From Octopus sinensis (taxonomy: Eukaryota), in NCBI RefSeq assembly GCF_006345805.1, contig NC_043005.1:53010001-53074000 (forward strand): a DNA stretch of 64,000 nt, read 5' to 3'. A program made the translations under genes and the position numbers. The notes below the pieces were generated by a model. The model had not been told where the DNA came from. It made no database searches and was given only the letters and a program-made list of their open reading frames with translations. Below, piece after piece: positions 26,980 through 41,477 of the stretch (position 1 is its first letter; every line of letters begins with the position of its first letter).

Positions 26980-29420
26980 TTCTTACACTATAATGCACTA
27001 CAGAATAAAAACTGCCTGGGCCTTGTTTGAATTTGTTAATCACCTTTTGAATGAATTCATGTTTGTTTTCAAAAGATTTATTCCACGTTTACTTGTCATG
27101 CACAGTCCAGGTAAACGTTCATCTACCATTGGTGACCATAACCATGTTTTTGTTTTCTTTGCCTTAATGCCAGACCTCCCCAAACAGATTCGTAAGGGAA
27201 TCGTTAGAATTATAAGTGCAACATATCTGCCTGACTGAAATATCTTCAAGAAAGTCCGTCTTCACTTAAATCATATTGTTTCTTCAGAATTTCCTCTCAA
27301 GTGATTGCTTCTCCTTTGAAGATTATAATTTCATATCGCTTAATGATCTTTACTTCACGAATTCTTCCTATGTAAGCTTCACCATTTACTGTAGACGAAA
27401 TGAACAAAAGTTATATATTTCTGGTGTGCAGCAGAATATCGGTTTTCTAAAATTACTATAATAAATTGTAAATATGCTACAGGTTGACACATAAAGTATT
27501 CATCCACCAAGAGTACAACAGAATTTCTAATGGTACCGTTTACTGCGAATGTTTAGCTCATGGTCTAATTTTTCTAACCATCATCCAGCTTTTGAAATAG
27601 GCTTCTTGAACTGTTCTTCTGCTTTTTGCCTATCAGCACATAACACACTTAAGTGTGCTAGGAAATGATTACATATTCTATGTAATCCTTTCTGCTGAAG
27701 GCACAAGGCCTAGAAATTTTGGGGTAGGGGACTAGTCGATTACGTGAACCCCAGTGTTTCACTGGTACTTAATTTATCAACCCCAAAAAGATGAAAGAAA
27801 AAGTCGACGTCGGCGGAATTTGAACTCTGAACGCAGCGGCGGACGAAATACCACAAAACATTTCACCCGGCGTGCTAATGATTCTGCTAGCTCACTTCCT
27901 TACGCATTCTATATGATATCAAGTTGAACAGCTTCGAGAACTAATGTTAAGGATTCCAGCCGTGCCGAAGCGGTTGAAATTTATAATTTAGACACGAGAA
28001 AAATTACTGTATTTGAAACAAACTCTAGCCAATGAGCTTCATGTAATGTTTGACCTGAAGCTGTTGTGGTTAATATATATAACTGACCAAAATGTTTTCA
28101 ACGCTAATAGCAGAAAGAGTCTGACTTTTTAATGGTTTGCATTCCAACATGTTACCTATGATGAAATGACACACTTTGAATAAAACATCCTTCTTGTTTG
28201 AGCGAAAAAAAAATAATGACGGCTTTGGCTGTGCAATTAGAATTCCTTGTTAAGGTCATCCAGAACAAGATTCAAATTATGTCCAGCCCAGTAAAGAGGG
28301 TTTGGGATTTTTGCTCATTATTTTAGCCTGCAATTTGTATTCCTTTGCTTTCATTGTAGAGCAATCATCATATTCTTGCTTAAATGCTTTCTTTAGTTTT
28401 AACCTAAATCTTGTAAAATGATCAACGATTGAAGACAACACCCTGTTCCATTAGTTTTGCAAAGACAAGGGAACTCGCTAACGATATATTCACAAACTAT
28501 GCACCAAGTAATAATTACACCTTCCCAAATCTATTCTCGCTTTCCGAATCAGGTGAAACATCGACCATAGTATTATTTTGCTACCTTATAATTACTACAT
28601 ATAGTTTGAGAAGTTTATTTTCCACATAAACAACTTCATAACGAGCAACTGACAGAAAAAGTTTTTTCAACAACTGAATAATTTTCCAAATGATTTTGTC
28701 GTGTCTACAATTTTCCAAATGATTTTGTCGTGTCTTCGATGCAAAACCTACAGAGGCCGTTTACATTTTTCCAATTTTGCTTTTTTCTGCGTAAAGTTAT
28801 GACATGAGTTTCACATAATAAAGCGTGTGAGAATATCAGAAATAATTCCATTCAATTTTTCACCTACCAGTTGTTTACCAATCTTGCGAAGCTGACATAG
28901 AATTCTTTTCTGGTGTGCTTTTAATGGCAATAAAGTTTGCTGCATCTATTTGAACATATTTGTGTAACTTGCTTGTTATACGATTATTTGACCAGTTATA
29001 CCAATCAGCATAAATTGTAAAAAGATAGAAGTACTTTGTGACCCACGATAAACAAGCTAGAGAAGTTATGCATTACTTGAAGGTTACTGCTTTCATATGT
29101 GAAGAATAACTAAGCATGATGTATATTTACTTAACATACGTCATCCTTTACATCATTTAAAAATATCATCAGCTGCAGATGTATAACACTTCACAAGAAG
29201 ATGATGCTTTTGCTGATGAATTAACATATAACTTGACATTATTACAAGCAAAAATGCTAGAACATGCACGTTGACTACAACCAGTTGTAATATCTGGCGT
29301 AGGCCAGGACCTCTGGATCATTTATGCTATTTATCAAGTTTTCTGATGCCATGTTTCGCTTTCATCTAATTTTCACCCCATAAACTTTCCGATACCCGTT
29401 CGCTAAAAATGTGTTTCATT
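26980..29420 (-). pseudogene. Fossil hAT transposase (Tip100/ZMYM1-like), interrupted by a SINE at ~27700-27900
   Basis: Minus strand 27040-27249 gives ALIILTIP...KTKTWLWSPMVDERLPGL, matching the hAT dimerisation motif (KTYLRSTM..ERL.GL). The upstream extent is inferred from decayed coding-like sequence. Confidence 0.55.
27697..27897 (-). mobile_element. SINE family A, older subfamily
   Basis: Same core and tRNA-like head on the minus strand. Confidence 0.8.
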
Positions 29421-31959
29421 TCCCAACGAATCGAGATTAAGCAGCAAGTAGGCAAAGCAAGATTTCAGATATGCAAAAATAAAAACTTGGTATAAAATCA
29501 TGATACCATAATATTGATATCAATGTCATCTAAATATCACAGAATATACAAAAATAGCAACTGTATGTAACATCTGGGTATAATGATACTAGTATCATTC
29601 TCACGTAAAATCACAGCAATGGAAAAATGTTAATTTGATATCAAATCCCGATATTACAGTTGCCTTAATGTAATATAATGCAATGCAAGAATACTAGAGT
29701 AAATATAAACTCACAAACTCACAGTACAATGAAAACAGTGCCTTAGTATAAAATCGCAATGCTTTGGAACAAAATATTATTACTAAATCTAGGTATCACA
29801 TCAAAAGTTCCTTCAATATTATTGAACCAAGGCTTTAATGTTTCTTACTTTATATTATCATGTCTTCCAACAAGATAACAAAAACTGGATTCATAACACT
29901 TGAGAAGTCATGCACAGAATTGACGTGACTTGCTTGTAACAAAGGTGATTGTTGGATGGTACAGAAACTAATACAGCCTGAGAGTAATTTCTGTTCATTT
30001 ACTGTAACCCATCATAAGATTTCATTGCTCAGTGACTCGTTGACCACAGTTTATTCAGCTCGTTCAACCCCAGCTTATTTTAGATAATTTACCGTACCCT
30101 TGAATCAGACAAAAAAACAAAAAAACAACCTCAACAATCTTCAAAGTCTTAATTATAAAGTTTTACTTCCAAATCTCTCCGCTCTCCGTTTGAAGATCCG
30201 ATGCGAGGCAGGGATATAACGTTCAAGCAGTCATCCATGGTTTCAGTTAGAATATTCTGAAGAGGTAAACAACAAAAACAACGGACTCTGTGAACAGAGA
30301 CAATGAAGAATAGCGTAACTAAACGAACTGGAGCAATGCAGAATGCACAATCCCGATCAAGACCCGTCCCAGAATTGATTGTAATGTATTTGAACTTCTG
30401 AACCTATGAGCAGATAATGGAATCCTTAATTGACTTGCTGTTTTTCTTTTACTTTTGGTCATCCACTTTATTCTATCACCTTCTATTTCAGCCATCGACA
30501 TTACTTTGAGAGATTAAATAATGTTAAGTTTCTTATTCCTTCATAAGAAGGCTTGCCTTTTAAGTAGAACGGTCCTGGTTTAACTTATATGATACTCATG
30601 TCTCGTTTGAAGCCAAACTCTTTTGAGAAAGACAAGAGAAGTTGAAATTAAGAATATAACAAAATAAAGCCATGGAAATGTTAAAATGGTAAGTGGCGTC
30701 GAGATTTTGCTAATGTTACTTGTCTGAGACAGATATAATTAAAAACTTATCTTCCTATATTTTGAGTGAAAAAGCTATGACAGTTTACATAGAGCAATTA
30801 CTTCACAAGTTTAGCAAAATACATCTTAGAAAACATGAATCTTGAAATATCTAATGGAAAGTGATTGATTGGTTTGTGAAAACAAAGACCTCTGCGTACG
30901 TGCGTGTGTTTAAGTGTATATATATATATACATATGTGTGTGTGTGTGAGTGTGTGTGTGCATGTGTGCGCACGCGTATAGGAGTGAAAGTATTAATGCT
31001 TGTTTTGTGTACGAGTATTTGCGCGCGTGTGCGAGTGTATGCGAGTGTTTGTTTATATATGTTTTATTGGGAACAAGTAGTAGGTGGGACTGACATTTAT
31101 ACAATATACAGACAAAATACAAATGATGCAAATTTGGTGTCATTTGCTAACATTACTTGTTTACAGAATTTCTAGGAGAAACCCATGTGGTTTTAAGTAA
31201 TTAAGCGCTTTGTCTGTTGTTGGTGATTTCGTTATAAGGCTGATGTAGGCAGCGTCTAGACCGAGTGATTTGCCTAATAATTTTGTATCGAAGATTTGAT
31301 AACCTCAGTGCTTGCTGTATTATATATATTTTCCTTTGTTTTGCCTCCTTTTCTTCTGTTATTTTTTTTTTTGGTGAGGTTGGCATCATTAAAGAATTAC
31401 TCTTAAAGTTTCGTAAAATGTCAGGCAACTAACTGAATCGATGGAGTGTCAAGGCAATCCCAACTTGGTCGACCGTTCACATCCCGTCAATAATGCATTG
31501 AAAAGTCCATAACCAAGGTGCTTAACTCTCAGGTAGGCGGTCGTCCCAGTTCCCTGTAAAACAAAGCCAAAGACACGACAGCCTATACGAGGTGGTATGT
31601 CTTACTAGAAATAGCAGCCAAATCACACTTAAAAGGCTACGTGCTGTTTTTAAAATCGTACAATATATTTAATAAGATACTGGATACACTGTCTGAAATA
31701 AAGGTGATGATGATTATCGTGGGAATGAATTTGATTATAGAATCCTCGCTGCACGAAAAAATTGCAACGCAGTAGCAGACTAGTGCACCCTAGTACAGTC
31801 TAGTACTATAGGGGAGGAGAGTGGTTGTGTAATAGTGTAGTGTGGCTGTATAGTCCTGTACATGTATAACAGTGTGTAGTGTATGGTAGCGTACTTGTGA
31901 TAAAGTGTCGTCTAGTGTACTGCATAGTAATAGCGTCTCGCTATATGGGGCTCTAGTGT

Positions 31960-32055
<96 letters not shown>

Positions 32056-32674
32056 GCATGTATGTATGTATGTATATATATGTGTGTGCGTGTGTGTGGT
32101 CACACAGTCTTCAATAGCGTCGCCACACACACTGTTTAACTCAGTACACACACCACACACCATCACGCACACTCACAGACCTATACCAGCACATAATATC
32201 TGTACACAGACAACATATACACATACACACACACACACACATAGACACATTTAACACACATAGCGTAAGTAAACTTTCGCCCTCATACACTATACACACT
32301 TTTTGCTTACAGTGACACACGCACACGTACATATGTACACACACCACGTGCAAAAGCACACATCAACTGCTACACACAACACACACACACACACACGTTA
32401 AACTCACTTTCCCCCATTCATACGTACACATTTACATACTCACTCGCCCCATTCACACATACACACTTACATACTCACACACACCATTCTCACATACGCA
32501 CACGCTTGCTCACCTGTTCTTGTTGGGATCACCATGAATCATCCCCCCTTCATTCAACCTCTCTTTATTATAATCTCCCTTTCATTCACCCTCTTTTTTC
32601 CCTGTTCTTCGCCATGTTGGACCACTGAACTCAACACGTTTTTTCATTCTCTCTTTCTCTATTCTCTCTTATTC

Positions 32675-32710
32675 CTTTCTGTCGAAGAGCCTAAGCTCGA
32701 AACGTAAAAG
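32675..32710 (+). ncRNA. Minimal hammerhead-like motif, A6U core (Penelope-like repeat tail ~32520-32800)
   Basis: CUUU-CUGUCGA-A-GAGC-cuaa-GCUC-GAAAC-GU-A-AAAG. Same family as 43609. Confidence 0.5.
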
Positions 32711-32818
32711 ACTTTTCCGTTGTCCCCGTGCGTCAAACTAATACACTTGCTTGTTGTTCCTACACCCGTCTTGGTCTTTTGTTTTCTATAAATTTGAAAT
32801 ACATATATGTATATATAT

Positions 32819-32895
<77 letters not shown>

Positions 32896-33271
32896 AGAAA
32901 GAGAGAGGGAGAGAGATGTAAGGTCATTCAATTTTTTAAGACTATTATGATGATGATGATGAGTTTGAATACTTGGTTAGTTAGAATGAACTAATGAGAT
33001 GTCAGCTACAGACGTTTTTTGCAAAGACTGACTGACCACTCAATTTAAGAAAGATTTCTTCTACCTGTGATGCATTCATAGAATCGTCATTTCGGCCAAC
33101 CATTTCCACTTTCTCCTCCTCCTCCTCTTCTTCTTCTTCTTCTTCTTCTTCTTCTTCTTCTTCTTCTCTTCTTCTTCTTCTCTTCTTCTTCTTCTTCTCT
33201 TCTTCTTCTTCCAGCCCCCCCCTCCCCATCGATATTTTAACACCTGCTAATAAATACATATAGATACATAT

Positions 33272-33474
33272 ACTCTTTTACTTGTTTCAGTAATCTGACA
33301 GTAGCTATGCTGGAGCACCGCTTTTAGTCGAGCAAATCGACCCCAGGACTTATTCTTTGTAAGCCTGGTACTTATTCAATCGGTCTCTTTTGCCCAACCG
33401 CTAAGTTACAGGGACGTAAACACACCAGCATCGGTTGTCAAGCGATGTTGGCGGGACAAACACAGATACACAAA

Positions 33475-33510
<36 letters not shown>

Positions 33511-33715
33511 ACACACACACACACACGCATATATATATATATATATATACGACGGGATCCTTTCAGTTTCTGTCTACTAAATCCACTCACGAGGCTTTGG
33601 TCGGGCCGAGGCTATAGTAGAAGACACCTGCCCAAGGTGCCACGCAGTGGGGCTGAACCAGGAACCATGCGGTTGGTAAGCAAGCTACTTACCAGGCAGC
33701 CAATCCTACGCCTAT
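33272..33715 (-). mobile_element. SINE family B, full length
   Basis: Head, core, (CA)n and tail all present. Confidence 0.9.
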
Positions 33716-34122
33716 ATTACACACACATATCCATTCTAGTCCTAGTTACGTACCACTTCCATGTTATTACGTCGTCATCATCCTCATCGACGTCGTTGTA
33801 GTCATCGTCATCGTTATCACCGTCATCATTATCGTAATTAGCATCATCATCGTTTACATGAATACCTTATTCTCCAGTTGGCTATCAGCTGTAACAAACT
33901 TCATTGTTGTTTCCTCATGATCACCACCATCAACGACTTTCTCATCACCACAAACATTATCATCATCACCATCATTATCAGTATCTTTATCATAATTATT
34001 ATGAGCAGCAGTCATCATTCATAGATCAAAGAATCCTTTTGAGGTACACACGTAAGCACATATATTACTTAGGAGACTACCAATACAGTTACATCATAAA
34101 TAATATACTAGCTCTGCCGTAT

Positions 34123-34362
34123 ATTTAAGGCGGCGAGCTGGTAGAAACGTTAGCACGCCTGGCGAAGTGCGTAGCCGTATTTCGTCTGTCGTTACGTTCC
34201 GAGTTCAAATTCCGCCGAGGTTGACTTTGCCTTTCATCCTAATAGGGTCGATAAATTAAGTACCAGTTAAGCTCTGGGGTAGATGTAATCGACTTAAACC
34301 CTTTGTCTGTCCTTGTTTGTCCCTTCTGTGTTTAGCCCCTTGTGGGTAGTAAAAAAGAAATA
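34123..34362 (+). mobile_element. SINE family A monomer with 21-bp target-site duplication
   Basis: aatatactagctctgccgtat at 34102-34122 and 34363-34383. Confidence 0.93.
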
Positions 34363-34579
34363 AATATACTAGCTCTGCCGTATGTGTTTACTGTGACTAT
34401 GGAATTTGACCCACGATGGCAATTTTAGCTGACTGACAAGAACATTGTATTAACATGGTTCATTGTTATTTAACAATTCCTTAGAAATCAAATCCAGACG
34501 GTTCGATATCTATTTCAAACTTCCCAAAAACTTAAAACGATATGTATGAATCTGCATACACACACACGCATACGCACAC

Positions 34580-34617
<38 letters not shown>

Positions 34618-34681
34618 CACACACACACATAGACACACACACACACATGCAGGCACACATACACACGCACAAATACACATC

Positions 34682-35097
34682 TTATAAATGAAATAAATCT
34701 TGAACGTAGGAGAATAGCTGTGAAAACAGCGCAGAGGATCGGGTAAAATAGCTTAACAGACTGAAAAAAGTAAGCTGTAAATCTAAAACAGAAGCAAAGT
34801 CAATACCTCACAAATTCCGGAGGAGTTAACCGTACCATCGAGATAAATGTCCCCTGACAACAGATCCCACCTTTTATAGCACCAAAGAATAGCTTTTTGA
34901 ATGTGAGGAACATTTTTATAGAGAAACATAGAAGCGTCGCGTGAGTTGGTAGCTTTGGAATAAAAACAAATCTCGAACACAGGAAAATAATTGTAAAAAC
35001 AGCTTAGCGGATCGAGTAATATACCCTTAAAGACAGAACAAAAAAAGACCAACAAGTTACTATTCTCCAGCGTTCGAGACTTCCTTCATTTCTGTAA
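34682..35097. mobile_element. Putative old MITE with ~38-bp imperfect TIRs
   Basis: aatgaaataaatcttgaacgtaggagaatag vs reverse complement of ctattctccagcgttcgagacttccttcattt. Confidence 0.4.
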
Positions 35098-35509
35098 TAC
35101 CAACTCAGTCGGCGTGTAGATTGGATAGCCGTTCACGTTACATCTGCAGCCGCGCTGTGACCTGGTCGTGCCACCAGTGGGAGCGGCCATCAGCTATGGC
35201 TCTGGGGACAGCTGCTGAAGGGATGTTGAAAGGACGATTTACCAGTGGACAAGGAAACACAGGGCTGGTGTTCTCTTCCCTTATGTCCTATGTTTGAAGG
35301 CTTGCTCGTCTTAGTAAAGCATCGTTCACAGCCTGGATCCGACCACCATGTAAAGTTTATCTGTCTATAAAATTTCACCAATCACTTTGCAACCGGGAGA
35401 ATTGCATAAATGTTGTACAAGCTTTTTTTTCTCACTTAAATCCAATGTCATACATATATATCTCAGTATCATTAGTGAGGAGGCTATCATCTGACAAGAT
35501 GAGGCAATT

Positions 35510-35542
<33 letters not shown>

Positions 35543-36760
35543 GTCATCGTCGTCGTCATCGTCGTCGCCGTCGTCGTCGTCGTCGTTGTCATTGTCATCG
35601 TCATCGTCGTCGTCGTCATCATCATCATCAAATATATTATATATATATATATATACATACACATATCTGTCTATATATATATGTATGTATATGCATGTAT
35701 ATGTTTGTGTATATATGAATGCATTTGTATATATATGTATGTATGTGTGTAAATATATATACATATACACGCACGTACACACATATATATGCACACACAC
35801 ACACAATATATATATATAAAATGCAAAAACATGTAGCGTAGCACATATTTCCAGCGTTGTGTAATATGGATAAGTGCAGGTAGCCTGGAGTTAGCTTTGA
35901 AGCGACGTTACTTATCTATCGATCTGAAACAAGTTAGTAAACATAGATGCAATAGCCGTCAGCGAGGCAAGATGCGAATATAAGTTACTGTGGAATAACA
36001 GTCAACAGTGTTCTGTGCAGGAATGATTGAAATTTCATATTCTGCAAATGACAAACAACTAGTAACACTTACATATAGCGTAGTGCATAGTTTCAGCTGA
36101 GAAATTGGCATGAAATGAAGTTTGGTAAAATGCGCCGAGGCAACATAGAAGCGAGAGAGAAAGAGACAGGGTGAGAAAGAGAGAGAGAGAGAGAAAAGGG
36201 AGAGGATAGATGTTAATAAAATCAGTAATATCATGTTAGATGAAAAGAAAAAGACAGAGATAAGAGAATTAGAGCAAGCATGGACTTATAAATACTTATG
36301 AATTAATCAAGTAGACATACTACAATACACACAAATGAAAGAAAAGGTTAGATTGGAATATCATTGATGTATTAGATTAATATTTAAAACTGAGCTAAAT
36401 GACAAAATAAAGTAATAGCTATCAGTAATCTAAACGTTCGATGTAATTATAACATTCTTTATCTGAAGGCAAATTCGCGAGCAAGACTGCATTGGGAAAC
36501 ACGGAAAATAATGACTGAGTTTTCGAACACATCATGTAAGAGTAACATGGCGAATTCATATTTATCTTTGCATAGTTTATTTGCGACTGAATTAAATCGC
36601 AAAAACATAGCCCGAGGTACACAATGGGAACGCATTTGTAAAGGCGCATGTTTTTGTGGTTGAGGTGTTGAGTTGATGGTCGTAATGTCATGGGTTCGAT
36701 TATTTGACTGGGCGGCGCAATTTAGTTCACATTGCTACAGCCTACTCAGCTGAACATGAG

Positions 36761-37148
36761 TACCTATTTCTTTACTACCCACAAGGGGCTAAACTCAGAG
36801 AGGACAAACAAGGACAGACACACGGATTAAGTCGATTACATCGACCCCCAGTGCGTAACTGGTACTTAATTTATCGACCCCGAAAGGATGAAAGGCAAAG
36901 TCGACCTCGGCGGAATTTGAACTCAGAACATAACGGCAGACGAAATACCTATTTCTTTACTACCCACAAGGGGCTAAACACAGAGAGGACAAACAAGGAC
37001 AGACACACGGATTAAGTCGATTACATCGACCCCAGTGCGTAACTGGTACTTAATTTATCGACCCCGAAAGGATGAAAGGCAAAGTCGACCTCGGCGGAAT
37101 TTGAACCCAGAACGATTCCGACCGGCGTGCTAACGTTTCTGCCAGCTG
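36761..37148 (-). mobile_element. SINE family A, tandem dimer
   Basis: Two near-identical ~186-bp units; the head is internally deleted. Confidence 0.9.
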
Positions 37149-37375
37149 AATACCAGGTGGGTGCTGGTGTAGTCTTTTCTCCCTTCACTTGTCACATCCT
37201 TGATGTTTCGCATCCTTCGTGCTTCACATCGTCGATGTTTTACATCTTCAATATTTCGCATTCTCGATGTTTAATATGAGACGGAAGGACAAACAGAATG
37301 TCCATGTTTTCTCATGAACAAGTAGCCAATCAAAACAAGAACGAAGCAGTTACTCAGTCACCGACTCCGAGAAGC

Positions 37376-37454
<79 letters not shown>

Positions 37455-37604
37455 CACACACGTGCGCCCACTCTCTACGTGGCACGTAATTTTTCTGGAA
37501 AAACTGGCATTCTTAAAGTTTGCTCCCCTTTGGGACCAGTTTGCTGGCACAAGAAACAATAAGAAGCTAAGACAAAGTATGAAGACTTTCGTGGTGTCAC
37601 TGTT

Positions 37605-37645
<41 letters not shown>

Positions 37646-37652
37646 GCTGCTG

Positions 37653-37683
<31 letters not shown>

Positions 37684-37737
37684 ACTACTACTACTACTAC
37701 TACTGCTGCAATTGCTGCTGCTGCTACTACTACCACC

Positions 37738-37783
<46 letters not shown>

Positions 37784-37844
37784 TACTACCATAAAAACCA
37801 CCACCACCACTACCGCCGCCGCCGCCGCAGATAACAATAATTGC

Positions 37845-38345
37845 TTCTAATATAGGCAGAAGGCCTGAAGCTTTGTTGGGATGGCGCAGCAGTTTCTGAG
37901 GAGGTGCTAAGTCGATAACATCGACCCCAGTGCTCAACTGGCGCTTAATTTATCGACCCCGAAAGGATGAAAGACAAAGTCAACCTCGGTGGAATTTGAA
38001 CTCGGAACGCAGAGATGGGAGGGAGTGCATCAGCATGGCCGCAGCTCTGAGCTGAAACTAAAAAAAAAATGCATTTTACCTTGCGTGCTAACGGTTCTGC
38101 CAGTTCACCACCATAATCATAATAATAATAGTTTCCAAAAATATAGGTAAATTTTGGCACAAGGCCAGCAATTTCGTGGAGAAAGGTTAAGTTTATTACA
38201 TCGACACCAGTTCTCAACTGATAATTCTTTCATCGACCCCCAAAAGAATGGATTTGAAATCAGAACGTAAAGACGGACGAAATGACACCAACACTCAGTA
38301 GTTCATTTTACCCGGCGTACTAACGATTTTGCCAGCTCACTGCCC
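37845..38345 (-). mobile_element. Two older SINE family A copies
   Basis: atcgaccccagt..tttatcgacccc..gcgtgctaacg.ttctgccag motifs, twice. Confidence 0.7.
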
Positions 38346-38639
38346 TATACAGTGAAAATAATAACGATTTCTAATACCGGGACTTTTATACATTTACAGG
38401 AAAGAATGTAATCAATAAAATTGATCCCATATATTATTGGTTTTTCGGTACTCTATTGGCCTTGGAAAAATAAACAGAATGTCAACTGTAGTGTGATTTG
38501 AACATGTTTAACCTGACGCTTATTTAGTTTTGGCGAAAAGAGGTCTAGGTGAATTAAAGATCTCAAATTTTGGCTCAGGACATGCAGTTTTTGAAGGGAG
38601 TGGTGTGTCCATTTATATCGACTCAAGTACACTTATTCT

Positions 38640-39010
38640 TTTAGTCATTTACTTGTTTCAGTCATTTGACTGCGGCCATACTGGAGTATGACCGCCTTTT
38701 TTATGTTAGTCGAATGAATCGACCTCAGGTCTTATTCTCTGTAAGTCTGGTACTTATTCTATTGGTCCCATTTGCCGAACTGCTAAGTTACGGGGACGTA
38801 AATACACCAACATCAGGTAACGGGTGGGGGCAAACACACACACACACACACAGACACACACACACACGACGGGCTTCTTTCAGTTCCTGTCTACCAAATT
38901 CACTCACAAGCCTTTTGGCCAGCTTGAGGATATAGTTAAAGTCACTTGCCCAAGGTGCCCCGCAGTGGGACTGGACCCGGAACCATGTGGTTGGAATTAC
39001 CACATAGCCA
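38640..39010 (-). mobile_element. SINE family B
   Basis: Matches 33272-33715. Confidence 0.82.
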
Positions 39011-39106
39011 TGTCTATTGGTATTTATTTCATTGATCACAAAAAGATACAAGACAAAATCGACCTCGACGGAATTTGAATTCAGAACGTAAAGATGGGCG
39101 AAATGC

Positions 39107-39164
<58 letters not shown>

Positions 39165-40206
39165 TGGAATACTACCAGCAGAAGAATTAGCTGGGTGCCG
39201 AATTGTCAGAGCCGTTAAAAAGACCTTGATTAAAAATGTCTTGCTTCATTCTTTTCATATGTTACGTACTCTGAGATGAAACCTATCGAGGGCTCCTTTG
39301 CTTTATGTCCGATCGATTTTGACAAAAACCAATCTATACTGATAGAATGAAGCGATTGTTTGTTGTTGTTAATGTTGTTGTTGTTCAAAATAAATCGCTG
39401 TATAACAGACAGAGAGAGAGCTAGGCTCTGACCAGTTTAAAAGCTGAAAACACACCTTGTGTTACGATGGCGTCTCTACTTTTCTATTAAGGAAATGAGG
39501 GACCCTAGGAAGTAAGTAATAGTAGCACAAACAGTTGTAGACATAGCAAAAGCAGCAGTAGAAGTACTATTTTAAAAACTGTTGGAAAATTTTTCGATTT
39601 GGAACATTGAATTTAAAACAACATGAAAATCTTCCCCATCCGCAAAAAATATTGAAAGAATAAAGAAAGCATGTAATAAACCTGCATGTGTATGCGTGTG
39701 ATAGTTTCTGCTTCTGAATAGAAATCAACTTTCCACGTCTTCAAAATGACTTCCATCATTTTTGCTCTGTCCGATCGATTGACCTAAGTTCCCTAAAGAG
39801 TAAAAGAGAATAAGAAAAAAGAAAACAAAATGAGGGAAAAATTTACAGACGAAATACAAGAAGGAACTATTAATAGATAAATAAATAAATTTGAACTATT
39901 GTTTTCAGTATATAACAATTAAAAAGAGTATCAAGAAAGAGTGGGTGTCATGTTAGCGATAACAGTTGCATGACGGGACAGGAAATTTCATTAACTTTGA
40001 GCTGCCCCCCAGACATCTTCAAAGATATAAAAGAAAAGTGAATCCTTCCACACAATATGGGAATTGGAGATAATGAAATGGTGTTTAAACATTGAGTTTT
40101 CCAAAAAAGATTAATAATGTCTGACCGACGCTGAACATAAGATTTAGTATAAACTTAAACACGCACACACGCACAAAGAAATACATACGTGCAAGTATAA
40201 CATACA

Positions 40207-40240
<34 letters not shown>

Positions 40241-40366
40241 CATACATACATATATGAGTATGTATATATATATGTGTATGTATGTATGTGCATGTGTGTG
40301 TGCTTATATATATATGTGTGCGTGCGTGCATGTGTATATGTATATCTATATATGTATATTCATATA

Positions 40367-40404
<38 letters not shown>

Positions 40405-40924
40405 GTGTGTATGCGTGTACATATAGGTATTTACCCGCACACACACGTATGTATTATACATACATACACTCTTCCATATATATATATATATAATATATAT
40501 ATATATATGTATGTATGTATGCATCTATGTGTATATATGTGTATGCATATATATATAAATGTATGTGTATGTAAGTATGTATATATATATATATACATAC
40601 ATATATATACATATATATATACACATACATACATACACATATATACATACATATATATATATATATTTGCTGAACAACCTGTACAGATATTTCGTTTATA
40701 GTGATCAAACGCTTGTACTGCACATTATCTTTCTTCCTCCATAAAACTATATATACATCTATATGGTATGCCATTCTTCAGATGTCGAAGTGATCGCAGT
40801 GCAACGTGGAATAAAGTATTTTGTTCCAGAACATGTCACATATCTTGGTCTGGGAATAGAAACCACGATCTTGCAATCCCGAGTGAAACATGTTAATTAC
40901 ACGCCTTCACATACATGTAACAGG

Positions 40925-41235
40925 CATCCAGCCGATTACAACGTCGAGGGTTCCAGCTGACGCAATGAACGGAGCAGCCTGCTCGTGTAATTAACGAGCA
41001 AGTGACTGAACACTCTAGAACGCGCTTACCCATAACGAAGTTCTCAAGGAGATTCAGTGACAAGGCTGACCCTTTGAAATACATATAACTCTTTTTTTTT
41101 CTGGCAGATGAGTAGATTGGAGCAACGAAAAATAAAGTACCTTGCTTTGCTCAAAGATACAGTGCACCGCAGGCAATCGAACTCACGATCCTTTGACCGT
41201 GAGCCGAATACTCCTAACCATTAGGCCACTCGCCT
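40925..41235 (-). mobile_element. tRNA-derived SINE with tail shared with 61179-61360
   Basis: cagcctgctcgtg.aattaacg.gcaagtg.ctga.cactc module plus a tRNA-like head (ggcaatcgaactcacgatc on + strand). Confidence 0.65.
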
Positions 41236-41477
41236 TTATTCACATACTCTCATTCATTTATCCTTTTATTCTTTTATTCTTCTATTCTTTTATTTGTTTC
41301 AGTATTTTACTGCAGCTATGCTGGAGCACATAATTCTCACACACATACATTCTCACACATATATCATTACTTGTAAGCATGTATAACCTAGAAGATAATT
41401 TTATTGTTCTTTCAGGTTTATGTAGTTGCGAGCAGACACAGACAGCAGATCAGAGTATGATAAAAAAAAACTTGATT

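Noticed and set aside
28680-28736. Exact 27-bp repeat twice (CRISPR-like?)
   Set aside because: Simple local duplication with no spacers, inside a fossil transposase in eukaryotic DNA.
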